A DNA stretch of 64,000 nucleotides from an uncultured delta proteobacterium (GCA_963778655.1 CAVZVA010000011.1:416001-480000); one strand, 5' to 3'. Counted from the first letter of the stretch, positions 9,844 to 19,858 are shown. Translations and numbers: made by a program. Notes: generated from the letters alone by a model not told the origin.

Positions 9844-10234
9844 GTCATCCTCCGCAGCTGCCCCGCCGGAGCCGGGGGCAGCGGGGCGTATTCCTAGTCG
9901 TTTCTGCGCCGGAGCGCAACGCGAAAGGCTGGCGTGCCGGGGCCTCGCGAGCGCGCGCGATCAGCGCTCGGCGCCGCTGCGATCGGCGCGAGCACGGCGG
10001 ACCTGGGGCCTGCCTCGGCGCGCGCCCGGCCGGCGCCCGCGCGGGCGTGGGACCAACGCGGCTCGATCGCCAAAATCTGCGGGATTTCTGGGGGTTGCAC
10101 CGGACACTCGCGATTGCCAAGCAGAGCGTGACGCCGCCACGCGATGAAATTGCCGCGCCGTGCGTTGATCAGGGCAGTCGACGCAGCTTTCGGCCGCGGC
10201 CCGCTGCCTCGGCCTCACTTCGGAGGACAATCCA

Positions 10235-11713
10235 ATGGCCTATCGCAAGCTCCTGGGAGCGTTGAGTCTCGGTCTGTGCCTGGCGTGCAGCAGCCTGGCC
10301 TCCACCCAGCACGCAGCCAGCAACAACGGCACGCCCGCCGCCAACAACGCTCCGGCGGCGGCGGTCAAGCCCGGCCCGGTGGCCGAGAACGACTTCCGCC
10401 ACCAGTTCATCGCCGTCGCCAAAACCGTGCGCCCCTCGGTGGTCGCCGTCACCTCGACCAGCACGGTCGACGTGAGCTCGCCCTTCGAGGGCAGCCCGTT
10501 CGAGTTCTTCTTTCACGGCTTCCAGCATCCCGAAAAGCAGCGCAGGCAGGGCATCGGGAGTGGCGTGATCGTCGATCCGCGCGGCTACGTCCTCACCAAC
10601 AACCACGTGGTCGCAGACGCCGACGAGATCAAAGTGGTGCTCAAGGACGATCGCCAGCTCGAAGCCAAGGTGGTCGGCACCGATCCCAAGACCGACGTCG
10701 CCGTGATCAAGGTCAACTTGAACGATGCCAAGGGCGAGAAGCTTCCTGCCGCCGCGCTCGGCGACTCCGACAAGCTCGACGTAGGCGAGTGGGTGATGGC
10801 GGTGGGCAGCCCCTTCGGGCTCACCCAGACGGTCAGCGCGGGCATCGTGAGCGCGGTGGGCCGCGGCCACGTCGGCATCGCCGAGTACGAGGACTTCATC
10901 CAGACCGACGCCGCGATCAACCCGGGCAATTCGGGCGGTCCGCTGGTCAATCTCGAAGGTCAAGTGGTGGGCATCAACACCGCGATCGCCTCGCAGAACG
11001 GCGGCAACAACGGCGTCGGCTTCGCGATCCCGATCAACATGGCCAAGTCGGTGATGGACCAGCTGATCCAGCACGGCAAGGTCACGCGCGGCTACCTCGG
11101 CGTCTACATCGGCGACGTCACCGAAGATCTGGCCAAGTCCTTCGACTACCAGGGCAAGGGCGGCGTGCTGGTGCAGGATGTCTCGCCCGGTGGCCCGGGC
11201 GCCAAGGCCGGGCTCAAGGCCGGCGACATCATCATCGAGCGTGACGGGAAGCCGGCCGGCGACGTGGTCACCTTCCGCAACGGCATCGCGCAGTCGCCGC
11301 CCGGCACCCTGGTTGCGCTGACGGTGTGGCGCGGGGGCAAACGCGTCACGCTCAAGGCAAAGCTGGAAGAGCTGCCCGCGGACCACAGCGGCAAGGGCGG
11401 CCACGCCGGCTCGAGCAGCAGCAGCGGCGGCGGACGCGGGCTCGGCCTCGCGGACATCGACGATCAGCTCAAGCAGCGCTTCGACATCGAGACCGACCGC
11501 GGCGCGGTGGTCGTGCGGGTCGAGCCGGATTCCCCGGCGGGCCGCGCGGGCCTGCGCCCCGGAGACGTGATCGCGCAGGTGGGCGGCGACGAGGTCAAGG
11601 ACGCGCGCGACGCCGCGCGCCTGATGGGCCGCGCCGATGCGAGCAAGCCGCTGCGGCTGCGCGTGATCCGCGAGGGCCACGGCATGTTCGTCATCCTGCC
11701 GCCCTCGAAATAG
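10235..11713 (+). CDS. Do/DegP/DegQ-family serine endoprotease with two PDZ domains
   Basis: LTNNHVV, TDVAV and [16 protein letters not shown] catalytic triad; signal/lipoprotein N-terminus. Confidence 0.95.
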   Translation: MAYRKLLGALSLGLCLACSSLASTQHAASNNGTPAANNAPAAAVKPGPVAENDFRHQFIAVAKTVRPSVVAVTSTSTVDVSSPFEGSPFEFFFHGFQHPEKQRRQGIGSGVIVDPRGYVLTNNHVVADADEIKVVLKDDRQLEAKVVGTDPKTDVAVIKVNLNDAKGEKLPAAALGDSDKLDVGEWVMAVGSPFGLTQTVSAGIVSAVGRGHVGIAEYEDFIQTDAAINPGNSGGPLVNLEGQVVGINTAIASQNGGNNGVGFAIPINMAKSVMDQLIQHGKVTRGYLGVYIGDVTEDLAKSFDYQGKGGVLVQDVSPGGPGAKAGLKAGDIIIERDGKPAGDVVTFRNGIAQSPPGTLVALTVWRGGKRVTLKAKLEELPADHSGKGGHAGSSSSSGGGRGLGLADIDDQLKQRFDIETDRGAVVVRVEPDSPAGRAGLRPGDVIAQVGGDEVKDARDAARLMGRADASKPLRLRVIREGHGMFVILPPSK

Positions 11714-11723
11714 CGCGCCCCCA

Positions 11724-11763
11724 AAGACGGGAAGCACGAGAGCCCCCTTGTGCTTCCCGTCTT
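11724..11763 (+). terminator. Hairpin after the protease gene (GAAGACGGG repeat family)
   Basis: aagacgggaagcacgag-loop-cttgtgcttcccgtctt, about 17-bp stem. Confidence 0.65.
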
Positions 11764-11825
11764 CCCCTTGGCCCCCATGTCAGGGCAGCGTTGCGTCCGG
11801 CCCCAAAATGGCTAGAAGAGGCGCC

Positions 11826-12162
11826 ATGGCTACCTGGAAGAAGACGGCGAGGTTCGCGATCGGGGACGTCGTCCAGCACCGGCGCTACCCGTTCCGGGGC
11901 GTGGTGTTCGGGATCGACCCGACCTTCAACAACAGCGAGGAGTGGTGGCAAGCAATTCCTGCCGACGTGCGCCCCGCCAAGGACCAGCCGTTCTATCACC
12001 TGCTCGCGGAAAACGACCGCACCACCTACGTGGCCTACGTCTCCGAGCAGAACCTGCGCCTGGATCGCTCGGGTCATCCCTGCCGCCACCCCGAGAATCA
12101 GGAGCCACTTCTCCCACTTCGAGAACGGACGCTACTTCCCCAGACCGAGAACCCTCAACTGA
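11826..12162 (+). CDS. hspQ: Heat shock protein HspQ (YccV-like), +1 frameshift near 12095
   Basis: ARFAIGDVVQHRRYPFRGVVF, QPFYHLLAEN and YVSEQNL. The tail IRSHFSHFENGRYFPR is in the next frame. Confidence 0.88.
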
Positions 12163-12210
12163 TCCACCGCGCCCCCAGTCATGGGCGTGGCGTGGTCGAA
12201 GCCGCTCCCG

Positions 12211-13602
12211 CTACAGCGCCTGCGACCTGAACACCACCATGCGCTCGAGCGTCATGTCGCGCATCGAGTAGCCGATGCCGCCGACGCCGAGGCCGGACTG
12301 GCGGTGTCCGCCGAACGGCATCCAATCGACGCGGAACGCGGTGTGGTCGTTGACCATCACCGCCATCCCATCGAGGCGGCGCGCGCTGTCGAGCGCGACC
12401 TCCAGATCGCGCGTGAACACCGCAGCCTGGAAGTAGACGTCGGGCGCGTTGGCACGCCGGATCGCCTCGAGCCGGTCGTGGTAGCGATAGATGGCGACGA
12501 CCGGCCCGAAGACCTCGCTGGTCGAGACCTCGACGTCGTCCGGCGGATCGAGCACCACGGTTGGCGCGTAGCAGGTCTCGGACAACGGACGGCCGCCGCA
12601 CAGCAGCTGGCCTCCCCGCTGCACCGCGTGCTGCACCCAGGCATGCACGCGCTGCACCTCGCGCGGGCGGATCAAGGGGCCGACCTCGGTGCTTTCCTGC
12701 TCTGGGTCGCCCACGCGCAGCCGCTCCACGGCCGCCACGAAGTCGCGGCAGAAGCGCTCCGCGATACTGTGCTCGACGTAGACCCGCTGCACCGACACAC
12801 ACACCTGGCCGGCATGGTAGTAGCCGCCTTTGACCAGCAACGGAATGCAAGCGTCGAGGTCCGCGCTGCGATCGACCAGCACCGGGGCGAGCCCGCCGTG
12901 CTCGAGCGCGCAGTGGGCGCCCGGCGCGAGCTTGCTGCGCAGGTGCCAGCCGACACGCGCCGAGCCGATAAAGGACAGGAAGCTCACCCGCGAGTCGGAC
13001 ACCAGCTTCTCGGTCACCTCGTTCTCGAGCAGCAGCATGCGGCAGTAGTCCGACGAGAGCCCGGCCTCGTACAGGATGTCCACCAGCGTCCGACAGGACA
13101 GCGGCGTGGTGGACGCGGGCTTGACCAGCACCGGACAGCCTGCGGCGACCGCGGTGACCGCCTGGTGAACGATCAGGTTGAACGGATGGTTGAAGGCGCT
13201 GATCGCGAGCACCACGCCGCGCGGCTCACGCCAGGTCACCGCGTAACGATGCCCGGACGACTCGGTGATGCCCATCGGGATCTCGCGGCCCGCCAGCTGG
13301 CTGAGCTCGCGCGCCGCGACCCGCAGGCCATCGACGCCGCGCCGCACCTCGACCCTGGAATCGAGCAATGGCTTGCCGCCCTCGCGCGCTGCCTGGCGCG
13401 CAATCGCCTCGGCCCGCGACTCGACCAGCGCCGCCGCGCGCTCGAGAATCGCAATGCGCTGGTGCGCCGGCAGCCAGCGCTCGCGCTCGCGATGCAGGGC
13501 GTGCGCGCGCTCCAGCGCATCGAAAGCCTCGGCCTCGCTCTGCGTGGACAGGGTCGCGAGCGGCTTGCCATCATAGGCGCCGATGACCTGGAGCTGGCTC
13601 AT
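12211..13602 (-). CDS. Aldehyde dehydrogenase
   Basis: AFNHPFNL, KPA, FIGS, LEHGG, GQVCVS, EVFGP and MPFGG motifs. Confidence 0.93.
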   Translation of the reverse strand: MSQLQVIGAYDGKPLATLSTQSEAEAFDALERAHALHRERERWLPAHQRIAILERAAALVESRAEAIARQAAREGGKPLLDSRVEVRRGVDGLRVAARELSQLAGREIPMGITESSGHRYAVTWREPRGVVLAISAFNHPFNLIVHQAVTAVAAGCPVLVKPASTTPLSCRTLVDILYEAGLSSDYCRMLLLENEVTEKLVSDSRVSFLSFIGSARVGWHLRSKLAPGAHCALEHGGLAPVLVDRSADLDACIPLLVKGGYYHAGQVCVSVQRVYVEHSIAERFCRDFVAAVERLRVGDPEQESTEVGPLIRPREVQRVHAWVQHAVQRGGQLLCGGRPLSETCYAPTVVLDPPDDVEVSTSEVFGPVVAIYRYHDRLEAIRRANAPDVYFQAAVFTRDLEVALDSARRLDGMAVMVNDHTAFRVDWMPFGGHRQSGLGVGGIGYSMRDMTLERMVVFRSQAL

Positions 13603-13627
13603 GAGGTTGGCTGTCCTCGCGGCGGGG

Positions 13628-14017
13628 TCAGTGTTTGTCGGCCGAGGTATACGCGGGATGCTCGGGCACGTTCTCGGCCGGCAGCAGCTCGAGCTTGCTG
13701 GCCACGAAGCGATCGCCGCGGATCACTCCGTCGACCACCGCCTTGCGCGGCATGTTGCAGGTGCCGTCCGGAGCGTGGCTGTCGAAGCCCTGCGGCATCT
13801 TGCCCTGGTAGAAGTAGCGCTTGTGGTCGATCTCCACCGCCCACGGACAACCCTGCACGTGGGGCATGTGAAACACGCAGCGCGCGCAGGCCACGATCAC
13901 GGTGCGGCCGACGACCTTCTGCTCGGGCTCGCGATGGCATGCCGCCGCAGCCCACAGCAGGCCCAGCCCACACGCGGACGCGAGGGCCACCCGCCGCGCT
14001 CTTGGAGCAACCTGCAT
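13628..14017 (-). CDS. Small Cys-containing exported/lipoprotein (DUF6370-like)
   Basis: Lipobox-like AAAC, then CxxC...GC.WAVEID...HAPDGTCN pattern. Confidence 0.6.
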   Translation of the reverse strand: MQVAPRARRVALASACGLGLLWAAAACHREPEQKVVGRTVIVACARCVFHMPHVQGCPWAVEIDHKRYFYQGKMPQGFDSHAPDGTCNMPRKAVVDGVIRGDRFVASKLELLPAENVPEHPAYTSADKH

Positions 14018-14105
14018 CGTGGCTGGGCCTAGCGCGCATGCGCCGCAGCCGCAAGCCGAGCGCCGAAATCGGCACGCGCGCGATCAGGCCGGGCCGCGAG
14101 GCCAG

Positions 14106-14858
14106 TCAGTCGCAGGCGACCGTCACCACGCGTCCGAGCGCGCCGCGGTCGCTGCCGAGGTGCAACCACACGCACTCGGCGGCGCTTGGCGGGCCAGCGT
14201 CGGCGTGCGTCCGCGCCGCCGCCTGAACAAGATTGCCGAGATAGCGATTGCTCGGTCCGTACAGCCCGCCGCGGTCGTCGAGCGAGTAGCGCCCGGCGAA
14301 GCCCCGCAAGCCCTCGCGCGGCCAATCCAGCAACCTGGCCAGATCGCGCAGCTCGGTCGCGGTCAGCTCGCGGCCGTTGACCAGCACCTCCGTGCCGCCG
14401 CTGGAGCCGGCGCGGGGCAACGTTGCGGCGCGCAGCCTTGGCTGCGTCAAGCCGCTGGCGCCGTGACCGGCCAGACCCCACAGCCCACTCTGCGCGTCGT
14501 ACCAGTAGCGGCCGGGCTCGGGCCGGGCGCCCAGCCGCGCCTCCAGCTCGCGCAGGTCGGGCTCGGCAAGCTGGGTGCCGTTGACGATCACCGCCGTGGC
14601 CGCCGCTGCGGCAGACGTGGCCGCGGCAGCCGCGCTCGGACCCGCGGGCTGGGGTTGCGGCGCGGGCGAGGCGGCCGGGACCGGCGCGGCGGCGTGCGGC
14701 GCGGCGGCCGCCGCACCGGGCCGGACCGCGGGCGACGGCGCGGGCCGCTCCTGGCCGGCGCTCGAAGGTGCCGCGGCCGCGGCGACCGGCTCCTGGTAGC
14801 CGCGCGGGCTGCCGCAGGCGAGTAGTACCGCGCAGGCCAAGGTGCCGAGCGTGCGCAT
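14106..14858 (-). CDS. Hypothetical lipoprotein with a GRYWYD/VNGRE domain
   Basis: Lipobox LLAC, Ala/Pro linker, PGRYWYDAQSGLWG and EVLVNGREL. Confidence 0.75.
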   Translation of the reverse strand: MRTLGTLACAVLLACGSPRGYQEPVAAAAAPSSAGQERPAPSPAVRPGAAAAAPHAAAPVPAASPAPQPQPAGPSAAAAATSAAAAATAVIVNGTQLAEPDLRELEARLGARPEPGRYWYDAQSGLWGLAGHGASGLTQPRLRAATLPRAGSSGGTEVLVNGRELTATELRDLARLLDWPREGLRGFAGRYSLDDRGGLYGPSNRYLGNLVQAAARTHADAGPPSAAECVWLHLGSDRGALGRVVTVACD

Positions 14859-14909
14859 TGGGGCCTCCTTACATAGCAGAGTCCGCGGCGGCCGCTCTGC
14901 GCCGGGCGC

Positions 14910-15320
14910 TCAGCGGCGGCGTACCGGGCCGCTCTCGGTCTCGGTACGAAAGCGCCTGAACGCGGCGCGCAGCGACGGACGCAAGGCTTGCTCGAGAAAG
15001 CTCGCGCCGCCGCTGATCTTCAGCACCACCAGGTCGGCCTGGACGTCGCGCGCCAGCGCCGTGAACTCCTCGGGATCGAACGCGAAGATGTCCTGGCTCA
15101 GCACCAGCGCGAACGGCCGCAGGCTGGTTGCCATCGACGCCACGCTGGCCGCGCCGCAGGCCTCGACCGTGATCATCGGGCTCTCCGCGGTCGCGACCTG
15201 CCGACTGGCCGCGACCAGCTCGTCTGGGCCTCCGGCCACCAGCACCACCGCCGCGCGCACGGGGCGCAAGGTCGAGTCGTCGCCGAGATCTGAGCGAGCG
15301 GGCTTGGGCTTGTCGACCAT
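14910..15320 (-). CDS. Hypothetical protein (possibly degenerate receiver-like fold)
   Basis: 136-aa ORF with normal globular composition. Confidence 0.55.
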   Translation of the reverse strand: MVDKPKPARSDLGDDSTLRPVRAAVVLVAGGPDELVAASRQVATAESPMITVEACGAASVASMATSLRPFALVLSQDIFAFDPEEFTALARDVQADLVVLKISGGASFLEQALRPSLRAAFRRFRTETESGPVRRR

Positions 15321-15439
15321 CTCGGGTCTTCGTTACAGGCACGGCTCCGGCCACGTCAACACGGGATCTCACGCGGCGCGCACGATCCTGGCGCCGCGCA
15401 AGCTCCGCCTCGCCAGCACTAGCCAAATCACGTCAGGCC

Positions 15440-15466
15440 GCGGGCCTCGGTCATACCGAGGCCCGC
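15440..15466 (-). terminator. Perfect 12-bp stem hairpin downstream of the monooxygenase pair
   Basis: gcgggcctcggt-cat-accgaggcccgc; no U-tract. Confidence 0.5.
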
Positions 15467-15515
15467 CGCGCGTGAGGCCGGTGAGGCGGGCGGAGTCCCG
15501 AGACTCCGGCAGCCC

Positions 15516-17087
15516 TCACCAGCAGGTGTTGGTCGCGCCGATCAAGCTGAAGACGCCGTTGTCGAGCGCGTGAGCCGGAGAGGCGAACGCGAACTGGTAG
15601 CACATCTCCTGCTCCGTCGAGGGGCCGAACGGCACGCTGTTGGCAGTGTCGTTATTGAACGTGCAGGTCGAGGTGATGGTGTCGCCAGGGTACAGGTCCA
15701 CGCTGGTGTCGTAATGGACCTGATGGTTGAAATCGAAGGGCTTGTTGAAGACCTCGGTGTCCACCCCGTTGTGGGTGACGACCGAGGTCATGTTCACGCC
15801 GAGAAAGTGCATGTGCGGCCAGAAGAAGAAGATGTGAATCGGATCGGTCGCGTTCATGCCGGTGCGGCTGGGATCGCAGGTGCCGCCGTACTTGCTCACC
15901 TGGCCGGGCGGCATGCCGATCGGACCGTTGAAGTTCTCACTGCCGAGCCAGGTGATCGAGCCGCTCTTGGGCCGCGTGCCCGCGGGCACGGTGCAGACCT
16001 GCACCGCGGTGCCGTCCTGCTGTGCTGTGCCGGTGCTGTTGAAGAAGTGCCACTGCAGGTTGAGGTTGATTCCCTGGCCGGGGTCCGGCAGCTCGAAACC
16101 GACGTCGCTCGGCATGGTCACGTTGTGGCCGCCGACCGCCCAGCCCGCGATCAGGGCGGCGCCGGGATCGCCGAGCTGCGTGCCGATCACGGTCTCGTGG
16201 AAGCCGTTGGGCTGGCCGGTGGTGCTGGTGAACAGCAGCCAGTGGTGCAACACCGCGAGGTTGTCGAACTTGGCGCCGAAGCGCGTGCCCTGGCTGCCGG
16301 CCGGCCAGGGGATGTCGAAATAGAACTGCTCGTAGTGCTCGCCCGCGTCGACGGTGTACTTGCCATCCACACTGGTGGTGGATTGGTGGGTGAGCAGGTC
16401 GTAGCAAGTCTCGCCCGGCATCGCGACCAGCGGTGCCATGTCGCCGCCGGCTTCGCCGCCAGCGGTGGTGTCCGGGCCGGGCATGGCCGCGGCACAGCTC
16501 TTGTCCGCATCGGTGCCGGGCGTCGCGTCGGCCTGGAACCAGGTGTTGAGCGTGCTCAGATCGGCTGCGGGCAGGCCTCCGCCAGGCGGCATCGGCTTCA
16601 TCGGGTCGTTGATGCGCATCTGCGCGAGCTGGTAGACCTTGAGCTCGGGGCGGGTCTTGGCCGGCTTGTGGAAGTCGTCGTAGGTCAGCAGCGACATCGG
16701 TGCGCCGCCGATCGGGGTGACACCGTGGCAGGTCTGGCAGTTGTTCTTGACCGCGGTAGCGACGCTGCACGGCAGTGGCATGCCGGTCGCCGTGGGGGCA
16801 ACCGGGCCGCCGACGGTCCCGCCTGTACTGCCACCGGTGCCGGGGTTCTGCGTGGTCCCCGTGTTCACGCCGCCGCCGCCGTTCTGGGTGGCGCCCGGCA
16901 GCACGCCGCTACCTGCGGCGCCGAGCGCGCCCGGCGTCGTGGTCATGCCCGACACACCTGGATCGCCGACCGGGCGGTCCTGCGATCCTGATGAGCCCGC
17001 GCTGCCGCAACCTGCGCTGGCAAGCCCGAGGACCATGCCGAGCACCACCACCCCCAGCCCGACTCCCAAACCGCCATGCTGGCCCAT
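15516..17087 (-). CDS. Lipoprotein: cytochrome c (CxxCH) plus copper type II ascorbate-dependent (PHM/DBM-like) monooxygenase
   Basis: Lipobox SAGC and CQTCH; copper ligands LHHW, QWHF, PHMH and EMC. Confidence 0.85.
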   Translation of the reverse strand: MGQHGGLGVGLGVVVLGMVLGLASAGCGSAGSSGSQDRPVGDPGVSGMTTTPGALGAAGSGVLPGATQNGGGGVNTGTTQNPGTGGSTGGTVGGPVAPTATGMPLPCSVATAVKNNCQTCHGVTPIGGAPMSLLTYDDFHKPAKTRPELKVYQLAQMRINDPMKPMPPGGGLPAADLSTLNTWFQADATPGTDADKSCAAAMPGPDTTAGGEAGGDMAPLVAMPGETCYDLLTHQSTTSVDGKYTVDAGEHYEQFYFDIPWPAGSQGTRFGAKFDNLAVLHHWLLFTSTTGQPNGFHETVIGTQLGDPGAALIAGWAVGGHNVTMPSDVGFELPDPGQGINLNLQWHFFNSTGTAQQDGTAVQVCTVPAGTRPKSGSITWLGSENFNGPIGMPPGQVSKYGGTCDPSRTGMNATDPIHIFFFWPHMHFLGVNMTSVVTHNGVDTEVFNKPFDFNHQVHYDTSVDLYPGDTITSTCTFNNDTANSVPFGPSTEQEMCYQFAFASPAHALDNGVFSLIGATNTCW

Positions 17088-17212
17088 AATCTTAGCCTCT
17101 CAAACCCATGAGCTCCGACCCTATGCCAGTTTCGTACACAACGCCGGCAAACGCACTGTCCGCAGCTGCCAAAATCAATCGCGGATTCGGCCAATGCCGA
17201 GCGAGTGCTCTA

Positions 17213-17264
17213 GTAACTAACTGAAATTATTATACCATAGACATACGGAGGCGTTTGCGACGAG
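17213..17264 (-). promoter_or_regulatory. AT-rich promoter with extended -10 (TGGTATAAT)
   Basis: Minus strand reads tatggTATAAT at 17229-17239; homologous to the element at 19195-19246. Confidence 0.7.
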
Positions 17265-17435
17265 TTACCGTTGCGGCCGCTGCAGCCCCCACCGCGGGGC
17301 GCACGCCCACCCTCGCCGGGGTCCCAATCTGGAGGCAGGGAACTCCGCTTCAGGCGCGGTGTGTCGCTACAGGCGCGCGGGCATGGCTGCCCACCTGGGC
17401 CCGGCCCGGCGCAGCACGGAAAGCGGCGGGCCACC

Positions 17436-19070
17436 TCACCAGCAGGTGTTGGTGGCGCCGATCAGGCTGGCCACGTGATTTTCGAGCGCGTGCGCGGGCC
17501 ACGCCATCGTGAAGTTGTAACACATCTCGTCGTGGGTCGATTCGCCGAACGCAACGCCGTGATCGGTGGTGTTGTTGAAGATGCACTGCGCGGTGAGGGT
17601 GTCACCGGCTGCCAGGTCGTAGTCCTGCATGTAGTGGATCTGCTTGTTGAAGTCGAAGGGCTTGTCGAAGATGGTTTCGCTGGTGCCGTCCTGGTGATTG
17701 ACGATGGCCTTCATCTCCGTGCCCATCAGGTGCATGTGCGGCCAGAAGCCGATGATGTGAATCGGATCGGTCGAGTTCATGCCCTCGCGCAGCGGATCAC
17801 ACGTGCCCTCGAAGGTGCTGACCTGGCCGGGAGGCATGCCCGCGCCACCGAACCACTTGTTGCCGCCCAGATCCTCGGTCCCGATCCAGGTAATGGTCGC
17901 GACGTGCTGCACGGCCGAGGCGGGCATCGTGCAGACCTGAATCGCGGAGTGGTCGTACTGTACCGAGCCGGTGCTGTTGAAGAAGTGCCACTGGCCGTTG
18001 AGCTTGACCGTTCCTGGGTCCGGAAGCTCGAGCCCGACGTGCTCAGGCATCGCGAGATTGGTGCCGCCCACGGCCCAACCGGCGAGCAACGTCGCGCTGT
18101 CTCCGACCAGCGTCGGCAGCGGCACCACCTCGTGGTAGCCGTCGTTGTCGGTCGTGTCGGAGGTGAAGAGCAGCCAGTGGTGCAGCACCGCCTCGTTGTC
18201 GAAATCCGTCCCGTAGCGGGTGGCGACGCTGCCCGCGGCCCAGGGGATGTCGTAGTAGAACTGCGCGTAGTGCTCGCCCGTGGGCACCTCGTACTTGGTG
18301 TCGTCGACCTTGTCGGTGGACGCGTGGTTCGGAAACTCGTAGCAGGTCTCGCCCGGCAGCGCGGTGAGCTTGCCGTAGGTCCCGTCTCCGGTGTTCATGT
18401 CGGCCGGCGGCTTCGCGCCCGCGCAAGCGCGATCGGCGTCCGTGCCCGCGGGCGCGCCTTGACCGAGCCAGTCGTCGAGCACGCTGAAGTCGTCGTGCGA
18501 GATGGCGCCTCCCGGTGGCATCGGCATCGACTGGGCGTTGATCCGCATCTTGGCCAGCTCGTAGACCTGCAGTGAGGGCTTGGTCTTGGCCGGCTTGTGG
18601 AAGTCGTCGTAGCTGAGCAGCGACATCGGCGCGCCGCCGATCGGGGTGGCGCCGTGGCAGGTCTGGCAGTTGGTGGCGACCACCGTGGCCACGTCGCAGG
18701 GCATGGGCGTCGAGCCCTGCGCGTCGGTGCTTTGGGTGGTCATGGCGTTCGCGCCGCTACCGGCAGCGCCCCCGACTCCGCCGGTGCCGACGAGGGTCGA
18801 GCCGCTGCCCGCCGTGGCTGCAGGGCTCCCGTTCGAGCCCAAAGGAGCGCCAGGCGCGGCTGGAGCAGTGCCCGGGAGGTTCGGATCGGCCGTGGTCACC
18901 TGCGCGGGGCCGGCGTCCGGCGACCCGCAGCCCAGGGCTGCAAACGCGAGCATCACGGCCAAGGCGGGCGCAGAGACTGCGGCGAGGATGACGCCTGGGG
19001 CGACGCGCGAGGGGCGCGCGGGCAGGGCTCGTGCGCCATGACGGAATTGCGGTGCGTTAGGCCGGCTCAC
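17436..19070 (-). CDS. Paralogous cytochrome c / PHM-like copper monooxygenase lipoprotein
   Basis: ALGC lipobox, CQTCH, LHHW, QWHF, PHMH, EMC; identical C-terminus SLIGATNTCW. Confidence 0.85.
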   Translation of the reverse strand: MSRPNAPQFRHGARALPARPSRVAPGVILAAVSAPALAVMLAFAALGCGSPDAGPAQVTTADPNLPGTAPAAPGAPLGSNGSPAATAGSGSTLVGTGGVGGAAGSGANAMTTQSTDAQGSTPMPCDVATVVATNCQTCHGATPIGGAPMSLLSYDDFHKPAKTKPSLQVYELAKMRINAQSMPMPPGGAISHDDFSVLDDWLGQGAPAGTDADRACAGAKPPADMNTGDGTYGKLTALPGETCYEFPNHASTDKVDDTKYEVPTGEHYAQFYYDIPWAAGSVATRYGTDFDNEAVLHHWLLFTSDTTDNDGYHEVVPLPTLVGDSATLLAGWAVGGTNLAMPEHVGLELPDPGTVKLNGQWHFFNSTGSVQYDHSAIQVCTMPASAVQHVATITWIGTEDLGGNKWFGGAGMPPGQVSTFEGTCDPLREGMNSTDPIHIIGFWPHMHLMGTEMKAIVNHQDGTSETIFDKPFDFNKQIHYMQDYDLAAGDTLTAQCIFNNTTDHGVAFGESTHDEMCYNFTMAWPAHALENHVASLIGATNTCW

Positions 19071-19194
19071 GCGAACCTCCTCGAGCCAGAGGCCTGGCCC
19101 TGATGCTGGGGTGTTACTGGCGGCCGAGGGAGCCCTCCTTCCCTCTGCCTGAAATTGAGTAGCCCGTTCGCTCAGGAACGGCTCAGTATTCTTC

Positions 19195-19246
19195 GTAACT
19201 GATTGAAACTATAATATAATAGGGATACGGCACCGTTTGTGAAGAG
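19195..19246 (-). promoter_or_regulatory. AT-rich sigma70-like promoter, homologous to 17213-17264
   Basis: Minus strand reads TTCACA-16 nt-TATTAT, followed by tttcaatcagttac. Confidence 0.65.
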
Positions 19247-19375
19247 CGCCCGCGGCGACCCGGCGCGGGGACGCCGACGGCACGATCGGAGGGTCTCAGC
19301 AGCCGCAAGGCCACGACCACAGCGAGCCGGGCAGCCCGCCGTCCGAACGGCTCTGAATACGCCTCGCTACCGGGC

Positions 19376-19858
19376 TCAGGAGTAGATCAGGCGGGTGATC
19401 CACTCGGCCACGCAGGCCGGCTTGTCCTCGCCCTCGATCTCGACCGTGCACTTGTGCGTCAAGTGCAAGGTGCTCGGGTTCTTGAGCTCGACCGAGGCGA
19501 TCTCGCGCCGCATGCGGATCTTGGAGTTGACCTTGACCGGCGCCACGAAGCGCACCTTCTCGAAGCCGTAGTTCACGCCCATCATGATGCCGGAGTAGGC
19601 CTCGTTGTAGGAAGCCTTCACCGACGCCGACAGATGGGTGAGCAGCGAGAGGGTCAGAAAGCCATGCGCGATCGTGACCTTGTAGGGCGAGAGCTGGGCC
19701 GCCCGCTCGGGATCGACGTGGATGAACTGGTGGTCGAGCGTGCAGTCGGCGAACTGGTTGATGCGGACCTGGTCGACGAGGAACCAGGCGCCGGGCTCCT
19801 CGGCCTTGCCGACGTGCTGCTTGAAGATCTCGACTGCCTTTTCCGCGTTTGTCGCCAT
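19376..19858 (-). CDS. MaoC/NodN-family dehydratase
   Basis: FADCTLDHQFIHVDPE, TIAHGFLTLSL and NYGFEKVRF. Confidence 0.92.
   Translation of the reverse strand: MATNAEKAVEIFKQHVGKAEEPGAWFLVDQVRINQFADCTLDHQFIHVDPERAAQLSPYKVTIAHGFLTLSLLTHLSASVKASYNEAYSGIMMGVNYGFEKVRFVAPVKVNSKIRMRREIASVELKNPSTLHLTHKCTVEIEGEDKPACVAEWITRLIYS

Noticed and set aside
19155..19186. Riboswitch in the monooxygenase leader
   Set aside because: One hairpin only, not shared with the paralog's leader, and no known aptamer consensus recognised.
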